Of a DNA stretch of 64,000 nt, positions 42,760 through 51,568 are shown one piece after another. Every line of letters begins with the position of its first letter. Position 1 is the first letter of the stretch. Source of the stretch: an uncultured SAR86 cluster bacterium (GTDB lineage Bacteria > Pseudomonadota > Gammaproteobacteria > Magnimaribacterales > D2472); the NCBI GenBank assembly GCA_902602595.1, contig CACKRJ010000002.1:34278-98277 (forward strand), given 5' to 3'. Both the position numbers and the translations under genes were made by a program. The notes beneath the pieces were generated by a model. It was not told the origin of the DNA. It ran no database searches and saw only the letters and a list, made by a program, of their open reading frames with translations.

Positions 42760-43014
42760 TTAGAGTTCTTCTTTGGATTTATTTTTATATTTTTTATCTA
42801 ATTTATTCATTAAATATATGTATATAAAAATTAACAAAACAAAAAAATAAATACTTCCTTGTTGAGCAAACCAAAAACCAATTTTAAATCCGCCTATTTG
42901 AAATTGATCAAGAAAATCAGACCATATAATCCCAAATCCAAATGAAACAAGAAACCATATGCTCAATAAGATTGAGATAATCTGAAGGTTTGATCGCCAA
43001 TATTGTTTATGCAT
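42760..43014 (-). CDS. DUF4212 small membrane partner of the symporter
   Basis: YWRSNL and GFWFAQQGSI; directly upstream of the SSS gene. Confidence 0.92.
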   Translation of the reverse strand: MHKQYWRSNLQIISILLSIWFLVSFGFGIIWSDFLDQFQIGGFKIGFWFAQQGSIYFFVLLIFIYIYLMNKLDKKYKNKSKEEL

Positions 43015-43032
43015 TAATTAATTATAACTATT

Positions 43033-43066
43033 AAAAAAAGAAACCCGCATATGCGGGTTTCTTTTT
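43033..43066. terminator. Intrinsic terminator, potentially bidirectional
   Basis: Perfect palindrome AAAAAGAAACCCGCATATGCGGGTTTCTTTTT (43035-43066) after the stop at 43081. Confidence 0.9.
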
Positions 43067-43080
43067 AGAGAACTTTTAAA

Positions 43081-43617
43081 TTAGTAAACTCTCTTGATCA
43101 TTGAATGTTGAATTTGCAATTCGCCATCTAGATGTAACGTTGCATCAACCCGAACATTATCCTCAGAATTAAAAGTCCAACCCATAGTTTTTACAAAATT
43201 ATGGTGTTCTGGATGATATCCAGGCCTAGGATCAGATTTAAGTTGAATTGAATTATCATCCATTGATTCAACTGTAAACATTGGCTCAGTCCCTAAAGCA
43301 CAATAATGCTTTATAACCAACTCTCCATCTTTATCAGAATAAGTGGTGAACATTTCAACGCCATCCTCAATCAATGTTTCAACAATAGAATTGCCATTTG
43401 AAACAAGTCTAAATTCTGAAGATGTATCAACTACTGCACCTGATTGTTGATATAACTTACCTTCCCACTTGCCAAGCATTTTTTTCATCTTTACAAAAGC
43501 TGGACTTTGTTTAATTTCACCCATGCTGACATCACCAATGTATGTTTCTTCAGCATTTGTATTTATTACTATTGAAGATAGCAATAATGTTGAAAATAAT
43601 ATATTTGAAAATTTCAT
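43081..43617 (-). CDS. Secreted hypothetical protein with HYCALG motif
   Basis: Signal peptide; AGGAG RBS; LGKWEG lipocalin-like start and beta-rich pattern. Confidence 0.75.
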   Translation of the reverse strand: MKFSNILFSTLLLSSIVINTNAEETYIGDVSMGEIKQSPAFVKMKKMLGKWEGKLYQQSGAVVDTSSEFRLVSNGNSIVETLIEDGVEMFTTYSDKDGELVIKHYCALGTEPMFTVESMDDNSIQLKSDPRPGYHPEHHNFVKTMGWTFNSEDNVRVDATLHLDGELQIQHSMIKRVY

Positions 43618-43665
43618 ATTTAACTCCTTAAAGAATACATTCTAACTTAGTTAAATCTATGTCGT

Positions 43666-44814
43666 CTATGATGGCGGTTTTTCTAAAATATGAATACCAC
43701 AAGCACTTCCCAGTCCAATAACATGAGCTAGACCAATTGTAGGATCTTTAATTTGTCTTTGACCAGCTTCACCTCTTAATTGAGTGCAAATTTCATATAG
43801 ATTCGCTACTCCTGTTGCCCCGGTAGGATGACCTTTTGCTAACAAACCTCCAGATAAATTAACTGGAAGTTTTCCATCAATATCAAAATAACCCTCATCA
43901 ACCAACGTACCAGCATCTTCGTCTTTACATAGTCCTAGGTTACCGTAATGAAGCATTTCAGCAGATGCAAAGCAATCATGCAATTCAACCAAATCAAGAT
44001 CTTCAGGACCTATACCAGCCATATCATATGCATTTTTAACAGCGTTTCTTGTCAAGGTATTAACATTAGGCATAACTAAGTTTCTTTCATCATATGGGTC
44101 ACTTGTTAATGCTGATGCCTTAACTTTTATAGCTCTTTTTAAACCTAGAGATCTAGCTTTTTTTTCAGAGACTAAAACAGCTGCTGCCGAACCATCTACA
44201 TTAGCAGAACACATTAATTTAGTATTTGGATAAGCTATCATTTCTGAGTTCATGACTTCATCAAGCGGGGTTTCAATTTGATATCTAGATTTAGGATTCA
44301 TTGTTGAATGATGATGATTTTTAACAGATATTTTGGCAAATTGCTCAAAAGTTGTTCCGTATAATCTCGCATGCTCCATTCCAGCTTCAGCAAAAACAGC
44401 TGGCATAGTTAGAGATCCCAAAAGACCTTCAGTAGGAATTCCTGTATCCGATGATTCTCCTCCAAGTAATCCAGTGCCCATCTTTTCGACACCAGATACT
44501 AATACTGTGTCATATAATCCAGCTTTAATAGACATCCAGCCTTCTCTAAAAGCTGTTGCGCCTGTTGCGCATGCATTTGTACAATTAACAATAGGAATAC
44601 CTGTTTGCCCGACTAATTGAAGAGTCTTTTGACCAACCATCCTATTAACTTCTTTAATGTTTCCACAGTAAAAGGCTTGCATGTCACCCATTGTTAAATT
44701 TGCATCATCTAATGCAAGCAAGATTGACTCAGCTGCAAGCTCAGGAACACTCTTGTTTGGAAATCTACCGAATTTGATCATGTCAATTCCGATTATGTAA
44801 ACATCATTATTCAT
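43666..44814 (-). CDS. SCP2/BbsB-type thiolase
   Basis: NACATG catalytic Cys, ELHDCF, KGHPTGATG. Confidence 0.9.
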   Translation of the reverse strand: MNNDVYIIGIDMIKFGRFPNKSVPELAAESILLALDDANLTMGDMQAFYCGNIKEVNRMVGQKTLQLVGQTGIPIVNCTNACATGATAFREGWMSIKAGLYDTVLVSGVEKMGTGLLGGESSDTGIPTEGLLGSLTMPAVFAEAGMEHARLYGTTFEQFAKISVKNHHHSTMNPKSRYQIETPLDEVMNSEMIAYPNTKLMCSANVDGSAAAVLVSEKKARSLGLKRAIKVKASALTSDPYDERNLVMPNVNTLTRNAVKNAYDMAGIGPEDLDLVELHDCFASAEMLHYGNLGLCKDEDAGTLVDEGYFDIDGKLPVNLSGGLLAKGHPTGATGVANLYEICTQLRGEAGQRQIKDPTIGLAHVIGLGSACGIHILEKPPS

Positions 44815-44816
44815 AA

Positions 44817-47800
44817 TTATTCACTTGCAGCCATTGGAAATTTATTAACTATATTAATATTATTTCCATAAAATTCATTCAAATATTTCTCTTTAAGTAT
44901 TTTAGTTGTTTCAATATTTTTCTCTTTAACTACGTCGTACCCTTTAATTTGTTCTGGCAAGGATGCAATTTTAATTGCAATTTCATAATTATCTATAGAG
45001 ATATTATCTAAAATTTTTAAAATTATATTTTCATATTCAATAATTAAATCTCTTTCAATTTTTCTGTGCTTAGAAAAACCAAATATATCAAAAATAGTTC
45101 CTCGCAAGAATTTAAAGTGTTTTAAGACCTTAAATATATAAAATGTAAATGAAGGCAACTTACGTTTTGGGTATTTTCCAGTGCTTTTATTTCTTCCACC
45201 TAAAACTGGTGGAGCAAGCGAGTATTCAATTTTGTAATTTCCCTCTAATTTATCATCTAAGTATTCTCTAATTTCATTTCCTGTATGTAATCTTGCTACC
45301 TCATATTCATCTTTGTATGACATCAATTTAAAAAAATATTTTGCAGCAGCTATAGATAAATCGTCTTTATCATTAGGGATTGATTTATCTTTTGAAATAA
45401 TTTTATTTACAAATGTATTATATCTATTTGCATATTTCGAATCTTGATAGCTTGTTAAAAATTTAGTTCTATCTCTAACGATTGATTCTAATGTTTCAAT
45501 TTCTTCATTTTGCAAGATATCATTTTGAGAGAATGCAACATTTTCAACTTTCTTTATATCTATTGCAGCTAATCTTCCCCAATAAATACTTTCTTTATTC
45601 ATTTTTATTGAGACCCCATTAAGTTCTATGGCTCTCTCAATAGCTCTTAATGAAATAGGAAATAATCCTTTTTGTATTGCATAGCCTACTAAAAACAAAT
45701 TAGCGCCAATAGCATTGCCTATAAGAGATGAAGATAATTTAGTTGCATTTATAAAATGTATTAATTCTTCAGATCCAGCATCTTTTAGGCCCTTTATCAT
45801 GCGCGCTGAAGATAGATCTAAGCTTGGATCACTTGCAAATGAACTAGTTGGTGCTACATGGTTATTGATTACCATATTGGTTCTATTTGGACTAATTTTT
45901 GACATAGCCTCAATACCCGTCGTTACAACAATATCGCATCCAATAATTAAATCAGCAGATCCAGACGCAATTCTTGTTGCATGCAATTCGCTTGGTGAGT
46001 TGGAAACTCTAAGATGGCTTGTTACGGGACCATTTCTTTGGGCTAGACCAGCAACATCTAATGTTGATGATCCTTTGCCCTCTAGGTGAGCAGCAGTACC
46101 TAGAATTGCTCCAAGGGTAATAACACCAGAGCCGCCTATGCCTGTAATTAATATATTAAATGGTTTATGGATTTCTGCTGTAGTAGGTTCTGGTAATTTA
46201 AATTCCCTGTAATCATGAGAATTTTCTAGAGAATTAGATTTTTTCCTTAATGTTCCACCAGTAATTGTCAAAAAGCTTGGACAATAGCCTTTAGTGCATG
46301 AAAAATCTTTATTACAAGCTGATTGATTGATTTGTCTTTTTCTACCAAATCTAGTTTCAAGTGGTTCAATAGCTATGCAATTTGATTCGACGCCACAATC
46401 ACCACAGCCCTCACAAACTAGAGGATTAATAAAAATCTTTTTATTGGGCTCCTCGACTAAACCTCTTTTTCTCCTTCTTCTTAATTCAGTTGCACAATAC
46501 TGATCATAAAGAATAACTGTAACTCCTTTAATTTCTCTAAGGCTCTTTTGCACTTCATCTAGTTTGTCTCTTTGAAATACCTCTACACCAGGAGCGAATG
46601 TAGCATTTTTAGGATACTTATCTGGATAATCAGTGACAACAACAACTTTTTTTGCACCCTCAGCATGAACTTGCCAAGTTAAGTCATCAATTCTAACCTT
46701 TCCAGTAATTTCTTGGCCACCTGTCATAGCAATAGCATCATTAACTAATATTTTATATGTAATATTTGCACCCGAGGCAACAGCTGATCTTAAGGCGAGT
46801 ATACCTGAATGATAATATGTTCCATCACCTAAATTTTGAAAAATATGATCAGTCTCAGTAAAGGGAGCAATTCCAGTCCACATAACCCCCTCGCCACCCA
46901 TCTGACCTAAGTTGTATGTATGTCTTTCAGGCATAAACGTAGCCATTCCGTGACATCCAATTCCACCAAATGCAAAACTGTCTTCTGGAACTTTTGTAGA
47001 TGTATTGTGAGGGCAACCTGCACAAAAGCTTGGCAATCTAAAAAGATTTGATGCGGGAGATTGATTAATTGATTGGAGAAACTCTTCAATCTCTTTAACT
47101 TTTTGTGTTAAATCAATATTTAAAGAAAGATTTGAAATTCTTTTAGCAATAATTAGCGCTACTAAGCTTGGTGATAGTTCTCCTTCACCAGGCACCAAAT
47201 AATCTCCATTCTCATCTTTCTTACCAACAATCATGGGTCTATTTTTATTGTTATATAGATATTTTATTAATTGGTCCTCAACAATTGGTCTTTTCTCTTC
47301 AATTACTAGTAATTCCTTATGGCCTTTTGAAAAATCTAATATTTTTTTATCATCAAGAGGCCAAACCATTCCTACTTTAAAAAGAGAAATACCGATTTTT
47401 CTACATACTTCATCATCAAGACCTAATTCATCTAAGGCTTGTCTTACATCTAAGTAAGCTTTACCACTAGTAACAATTCCTAGCTTTTTTTTATCTTTAA
47501 AAATAACTTTATCTATAGAATTTGCTCTAGCAAAAGCTTGAGCGGCTGGTAAACGTGTTTTATATAACCTTGGTTCAGATGCAGCAGGAGCAAAACCCCA
47601 TTGAATATGAATATTCTCATCGCCTATTGGATCATCTTTTGGTATAACCGGTTTAAATCTATCTAAACTAATATCCACGGACGCAGCACTCTCAACTGTA
47701 TCAGTTACGCATTTAAATCCAACCCAACAACCAGAATATCTCGACATAGCAAATCCAAGAACACCAAAATCTAAATAATCTTGAACTGTTGATGGATTTA

Positions 47801-48536
47801 GAATAGGCATTCCAAAATGAATAAATGCATGATCGCTTTGATGTGCAGTAGTAGAAGATTTTGCACCATGATCATCACCGGCTAATGCTAATACACCTCC
47901 ATATTTTGAAGTTCCAGCATAATTTCCGTGTTTTAGAGCATCACCTGATCTATCTACACCTGGCCCTTTTCCGTACCAAATTCCAAAAACTCCATCGTAT
48001 TTAGGCTTTTCTACTAGTGTTGTTTGTTGAGTTCCATGCAGTGCTGTTGCAGCCAAATCTTCATTAATTCCAGGCTGAAAAACAATTTCGTTTTCATCTA
48101 AAAAATCTGATGCTTGATTAAGAGCATGGTCATATCCACCTAAAGGTGATCCAGTGTAACCAGAAATATAACAAGCTGTATTAATACCATTATCTTGATC
48201 AATTTTTCTCTGTATTATTGGAAGCCTTACTAAGGCCTGAGTTCCAGTTAAAAAGACTCGACCCTTATCTAATGAGTATTTATCAGTTAATTTGTAATTA
48301 GTGTTTAGTTCTTTTGGAATACTTTTAATTTTATCTAAAGAGGAAGAAATTTGATGTTTTTTTTGACGATCCCATTCCAGCACAAGTGATATTGCCTTGC
48401 TATGATCCTCTGTATCTAATGATTTACGATAATATTTACCGTTAATTCTCAAACACCCGTAATATCTTGGACTATCTTTTCTTAAATAAATAGATATACC
48501 TTTGGAAATGTTCCAGCTTTTTGATTGTCCCTTCAT
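44817..48536 (-). CDS. Single-chain indolepyruvate:ferredoxin oxidoreductase family enzyme with extra N-terminal integrase-arm-like domain
   Basis: FLTGTQALVRL, INEDLAAT, FCAGCPHN, GDGTYYHSG (TPP), CEGCGDC (Fe-S), GIGGSGVIT; about 77 extra N-terminal residues. Confidence 0.92.
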   Translation of the reverse strand: MKGQSKSWNISKGISIYLRKDSPRYYGCLRINGKYYRKSLDTEDHSKAISLVLEWDRQKKHQISSSLDKIKSIPKELNTNYKLTDKYSLDKGRVFLTGTQALVRLPIIQRKIDQDNGINTACYISGYTGSPLGGYDHALNQASDFLDENEIVFQPGINEDLAATALHGTQQTTLVEKPKYDGVFGIWYGKGPGVDRSGDALKHGNYAGTSKYGGVLALAGDDHGAKSSTTAHQSDHAFIHFGMPILNPSTVQDYLDFGVLGFAMSRYSGCWVGFKCVTDTVESAASVDISLDRFKPVIPKDDPIGDENIHIQWGFAPAASEPRLYKTRLPAAQAFARANSIDKVIFKDKKKLGIVTSGKAYLDVRQALDELGLDDEVCRKIGISLFKVGMVWPLDDKKILDFSKGHKELLVIEEKRPIVEDQLIKYLYNNKNRPMIVGKKDENGDYLVPGEGELSPSLVALIIAKRISNLSLNIDLTQKVKEIEEFLQSINQSPASNLFRLPSFCAGCPHNTSTKVPEDSFAFGGIGCHGMATFMPERHTYNLGQMGGEGVMWTGIAPFTETDHIFQNLGDGTYYHSGILALRSAVASGANITYKILVNDAIAMTGGQEITGKVRIDDLTWQVHAEGAKKVVVVTDYPDKYPKNATFAPGVEVFQRDKLDEVQKSLREIKGVTVILYDQYCATELRRRRKRGLVEEPNKKIFINPLVCEGCGDCGVESNCIAIEPLETRFGRKRQINQSACNKDFSCTKGYCPSFLTITGGTLRKKSNSLENSHDYREFKLPEPTTAEIHKPFNILITGIGGSGVITLGAILGTAAHLEGKGSSTLDVAGLAQRNGPVTSHLRVSNSPSELHATRIASGSADLIIGCDIVVTTGIEAMSKISPNRTNMVINNHVAPTSSFASDPSLDLSSARMIKGLKDAGSEELIHFINATKLSSSLIGNAIGANLFLVGYAIQKGLFPISLRAIERAIELNGVSIKMNKESIYWGRLAAIDIKKVENVAFSQNDILQNEEIETLESIVRDRTKFLTSYQDSKYANRYNTFVNKIISKDKSIPNDKDDLSIAAAKYFFKLMSYKDEYEVARLHTGNEIREYLDDKLEGNYKIEYSLAPPVLGGRNKSTGKYPKRKLPSFTFYIFKVLKHFKFLRGTIFDIFGFSKHRKIERDLIIEYENIILKILDNISIDNYEIAIKIASLPEQIKGYDVVKEKNIETTKILKEKYLNEFYGNNINIVNKFPMAASE

Positions 48537-48539
48537 ACA

Positions 48540-48638
48540 ATACACAGTATATATAAGAAAAAGAACTGTGTATATATTTAAGTTTTTTTAATAGACTGTG
48601 TATATTAGTAAATAAGGAATATCGGTTTTTGTGTATAT
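48540..48638. repeat. Array of (AC)TGTGTAT(AT) motifs upstream of the IOR gene
   Basis: Inverted copy 48540-48548; direct copies 48565-48575, 48595-48605 and 48630-48638. Confidence 0.8.
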
Positions 48639-48644
48639 AGAAGT

Positions 48645-49052
48645 TTAAGTTGATTGCATTAATTCTATCAAATTTCCGTCAGGATCTTGAATTAAAGCAA
48701 CTATTACACCTGGACGAATAGACATGCCAGGATTAATGACTTTTATATTATTTTCATTACAGATATTAATTATTTCATCTAAATTACTTAAGTTGATTGT
48801 GATATATCTAATTCCATCTGAAGTAGAAAAATCACCAATTGGATTTTTATTTGACGGCTTTTTGTCAAGGACTAATACTTTAATAAAGCCAACACCATAA
48901 GAAAATTTGTTTACAGTGCCTAAACCTGGAAATGGAATCTGTGCTTCATTAGTAAATCCTAATATATTTTTATAAAAATTAAGCATTGAATCTTTGTTTG
49001 AGGTAACTATACCTATATCAATAGCTTTTGATGTAAAGTTAATTCTTTCCAT
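48645..49052 (-). CDS. VOC/glyoxalase family protein
   Basis: DIGIVT..FYKNILG, QDPDGNLIEL. Confidence 0.88.
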   Translation of the reverse strand: MERINFTSKAIDIGIVTSNKDSMLNFYKNILGFTNEAQIPFPGLGTVNKFSYGVGFIKVLVLDKKPSNKNPIGDFSTSDGIRYITINLSNLDEIINICNENNIKVINPGMSIRPGVIVALIQDPDGNLIELMQST

Positions 49053-50031
49053 GATCTGCATTTTCTTCTATTTCAGCGCTAACCTCAGCTATTGAATCCA
49101 TAATTCCTTGATGACCCCAAATATCTCCTTCTACAAATTGTTTAGGTATCCATTTATCGTCATCATGTATATTTAAAGTATCAGCACCGATTTCTATATC
49201 CCAGCCATTGGGTCCTTTAATATAGACACTTGTAGTTAAATCATTAATATGCTTTCCCAATGTAGAACTTATTGGGATATTTGCATTATTAATCCTATCT
49301 AATGCCCTACCAACGCTATCAATTGAATCGACCTGAAACATAATATGATGCATTCCATTGGCTTCACCAAATTTTGATAAGGCCATACTATGGTGTCTAG
49401 GATTGCAACGCATGAACCAAGCACCGTCTCCTCCTTCAAAACTAATGTAATCCGTTAATTTAAAACCAAGGATTTTTGTATAGAAATCATAAGTTTGCTC
49501 TCTATTTGCAGTAAGAATCATTAAATGCCCTAATCCGAGATGTCCAGCTACAAAAGTTTGATTTGGAATTGGAGATTGAAATTTATAATCTAATGTAGGC
49601 TCATAATATATTTCAATTGGGTTACCTGAGGGATCACTAAATTTAATTAAGCCGCCTACCCCTCTTGACTTAGCGTCTTCATCAGAGCCGTCAAGCACAT
49701 CAATTTTATTATCTTGTAAGTATTTTTTTGCTTCTTCAAGCTTTATTACATTATCAACTTCAAAGCCAATGTATAAAATACCATGATTATTATCATCTTG
49801 ATGGATGCCAATTCGCCATTGATACTCATCTAGCTTTAAATAGACAGATCCATCATCTGCAATCCCTTTTCCACCACTAGCGATCTCAAAATTTGGATCC
49901 TGTGGAAAGCCCCAGCTCTCTCCTGGAACTGCGCGGGCAGGCATCATACCTATAATTTCTGTGCCAAATTTAAGCCATTCCTGTGGATCTTTTGCACCAA
50001 AACCAATATACCCTAAGGACTTAATTTCCAT
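49039..50031 (-). CDS. Type I extradiol ring-cleavage dioxygenase (HsaC/BphC-like)
   Basis: IKSLGYIG, GLGH, CNPRHHS, HHIMF, GKHIND, DIEIG. Confidence 0.9.
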   Translation of the reverse strand: MEIKSLGYIGFGAKDPQEWLKFGTEIIGMMPARAVPGESWGFPQDPNFEIASGGKGIADDGSVYLKLDEYQWRIGIHQDDNNHGILYIGFEVDNVIKLEEAKKYLQDNKIDVLDGSDEDAKSRGVGGLIKFSDPSGNPIEIYYEPTLDYKFQSPIPNQTFVAGHLGLGHLMILTANREQTYDFYTKILGFKLTDYISFEGGDGAWFMRCNPRHHSMALSKFGEANGMHHIMFQVDSIDSVGRALDRINNANIPISSTLGKHINDLTTSVYIKGPNGWDIEIGADTLNIHDDDKWIPKQFVEGDIWGHQGIMDSIAEVSAEIEENADHGKN

Positions 50032-50061
50032 GATTTTTTACTCCCTTAAATCATCACCTAT

Positions 50062-50781
50062 TTACAAGTGTTTTAATAAGTTTCTTTCGTTATTTATAGC
50101 ATTTTGTACATTTTCTTCCAAATTTAGTTGAAATGCTTTTTTTGCTGCGATTAAAGCATTAATTTTAATATCATCAAATGATGAGGAAATATTAGAGACA
50201 GTATCTTCTAGTAAATCATTTTCAACGACTTGGTTGACTAATCCAATATCCTTTGCCTCAGTAGCAGATAATTTAGCGTTAGTTAATATTATTTCTTTAG
50301 CTTTATTTTTACCTACTAGTAAAGGTAAATAATAAGTGCTAGCTAAACCGGGCAAAATACCAAGCTTGATAAATGGAAATGATATAGATGAGTTAATTGT
50401 GGCAACCCTGATATCGAAAGGCAGAACCATAGTTATTCCTATCCCTACACATGAACCATGAAGCCCAGCTATTAGTACTTTGGTAGATTGAGACAGTTCT
50501 AATACAAAAGATTTTATAAACTCATCCTCACCAATTTTTAAACCAGATTTACTGAGCTTATTTCCAATTAAATATTCTTTATCTGCTCCAGCGCAAAAAG
50601 ACTTACCGTTACCAAAAATACTGATAACTTTAATAGCGTTATCAGCATTTACTTTTCTGAATGCATCAATTATTTCATCACCCATATCAGGTGTATAAGC
50701 ATTAAGTTTCTCAGGCCTATCTAGATAAATCTTTGCTAAGGAATTATCAATTATTAATTTAATATTCTCGTAATTATTCAT
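50062..50781 (-). CDS. Crotonase/enoyl-CoA hydratase family protein
   Basis: LDRPEKLNA, FCAGAD; ATG 50781. Confidence 0.88.
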   Translation of the reverse strand: MNNYENIKLIIDNSLAKIYLDRPEKLNAYTPDMGDEIIDAFRKVNADNAIKVISIFGNGKSFCAGADKEYLIGNKLSKSGLKIGEDEFIKSFVLELSQSTKVLIAGLHGSCVGIGITMVLPFDIRVATINSSISFPFIKLGILPGLASTYYLPLLVGKNKAKEIILTNAKLSATEAKDIGLVNQVVENDLLEDTVSNISSSFDDIKINALIAAKKAFQLNLEENVQNAINNERNLLKHL

Positions 50782-51568
50782 TATTTTTATAAGGCGCCCA
50801 ATTAGGAGATCTTTTTTCAATAAATGCCTTTGTTCCCTCTTTAAAGTCTGCATGAGTTTGCTGTTCTGTGATTATGTCCCATGCATTATTTAGAGCTTGT
50901 GTAAGACCAGTTTCAGTAGAATCCCAAATAGCTTTTTTAGTTTTAGCTAATGCTGATGGTGAATGAATCTTAATTTTATTAGCTATTTCAATCGCCCTAT
51001 TCATTAAGTTACTTTCTTTAACTATTTCACTGATTAAGCCAATATTTTTTGCTTCAACTGCATCAATTCTTTCAGACCCTCCCATTAGAGACATTCTTAA
51101 AACTCTCTCAAATGGAATCTTCCTGCTAAGACTTACGGGTTCTAAGCCAGCAACCATTCCAACTTTTACATGAGTATCAAAAAATGTTGATTTCTCTGTA
51201 GCAATCACAATATCGCTATCCGCTATAAAATGCAGACCTCCACCACAGGCCATTCCACTTACTGCGCAGATTACCGGTTTCCAAATTTTGTTTTGTAATG
51301 AAGTCCATTTAATTGATTCAATTGTTGATTTTCCAATATCACCATCCATATCAGGCAAATCATCTAAATCAGCACCGGCACAAAATGACTTGGTCCCATG
51401 ATTAGATAAAATCGCAACAATTGCAGAATTATCCTCATTAAAAAGTTTCCATGCTTTGGGTAATTCATTTGACATAGTCGAATTTACAGCATTTAAGTGC
51501 TCTGGTCTGTTTAGTAAAATGCTGGCAATACCATCTTTTACTTCATAATCAATCGTTGAAAATTTCAA
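50774..51568 (-). CDS. Crotonase/enoyl-CoA hydratase family protein
   Basis: LNRPEHLNA, FCAGADL, KPVICAVSG, AFIEKRSP. Confidence 0.9.
   Translation of the reverse strand: MKFSTIDYEVKDGIASILLNRPEHLNAVNSTMSNELPKAWKLFNEDNSAIVAILSNHGTKSFCAGADLDDLPDMDGDIGKSTIESIKWTSLQNKIWKPVICAVSGMACGGGLHFIADSDIVIATEKSTFFDTHVKVGMVAGLEPVSLSRKIPFERVLRMSLMGGSERIDAVEAKNIGLISEIVKESNLMNRAIEIANKIKIHSPSALAKTKKAIWDSTETGLTQALNNAWDIITEQQTHADFKEGTKAFIEKRSPNWAPYKNNE

Noticed and set aside
48540-48638. Repeats read as a LexA SOS box or a CRISPR array
   Set aside because: There is no CTGT-N8-ACAG arrangement. The repeats are only 9-11 bp, one is inverted, and no cas genes are present.
44817-48645. Intact integrase or prophage
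   Set aside because: Only an arm-like N-terminal segment is present. No catalytic tyrosine-recombinase domain, tRNA target or phage genes are seen.
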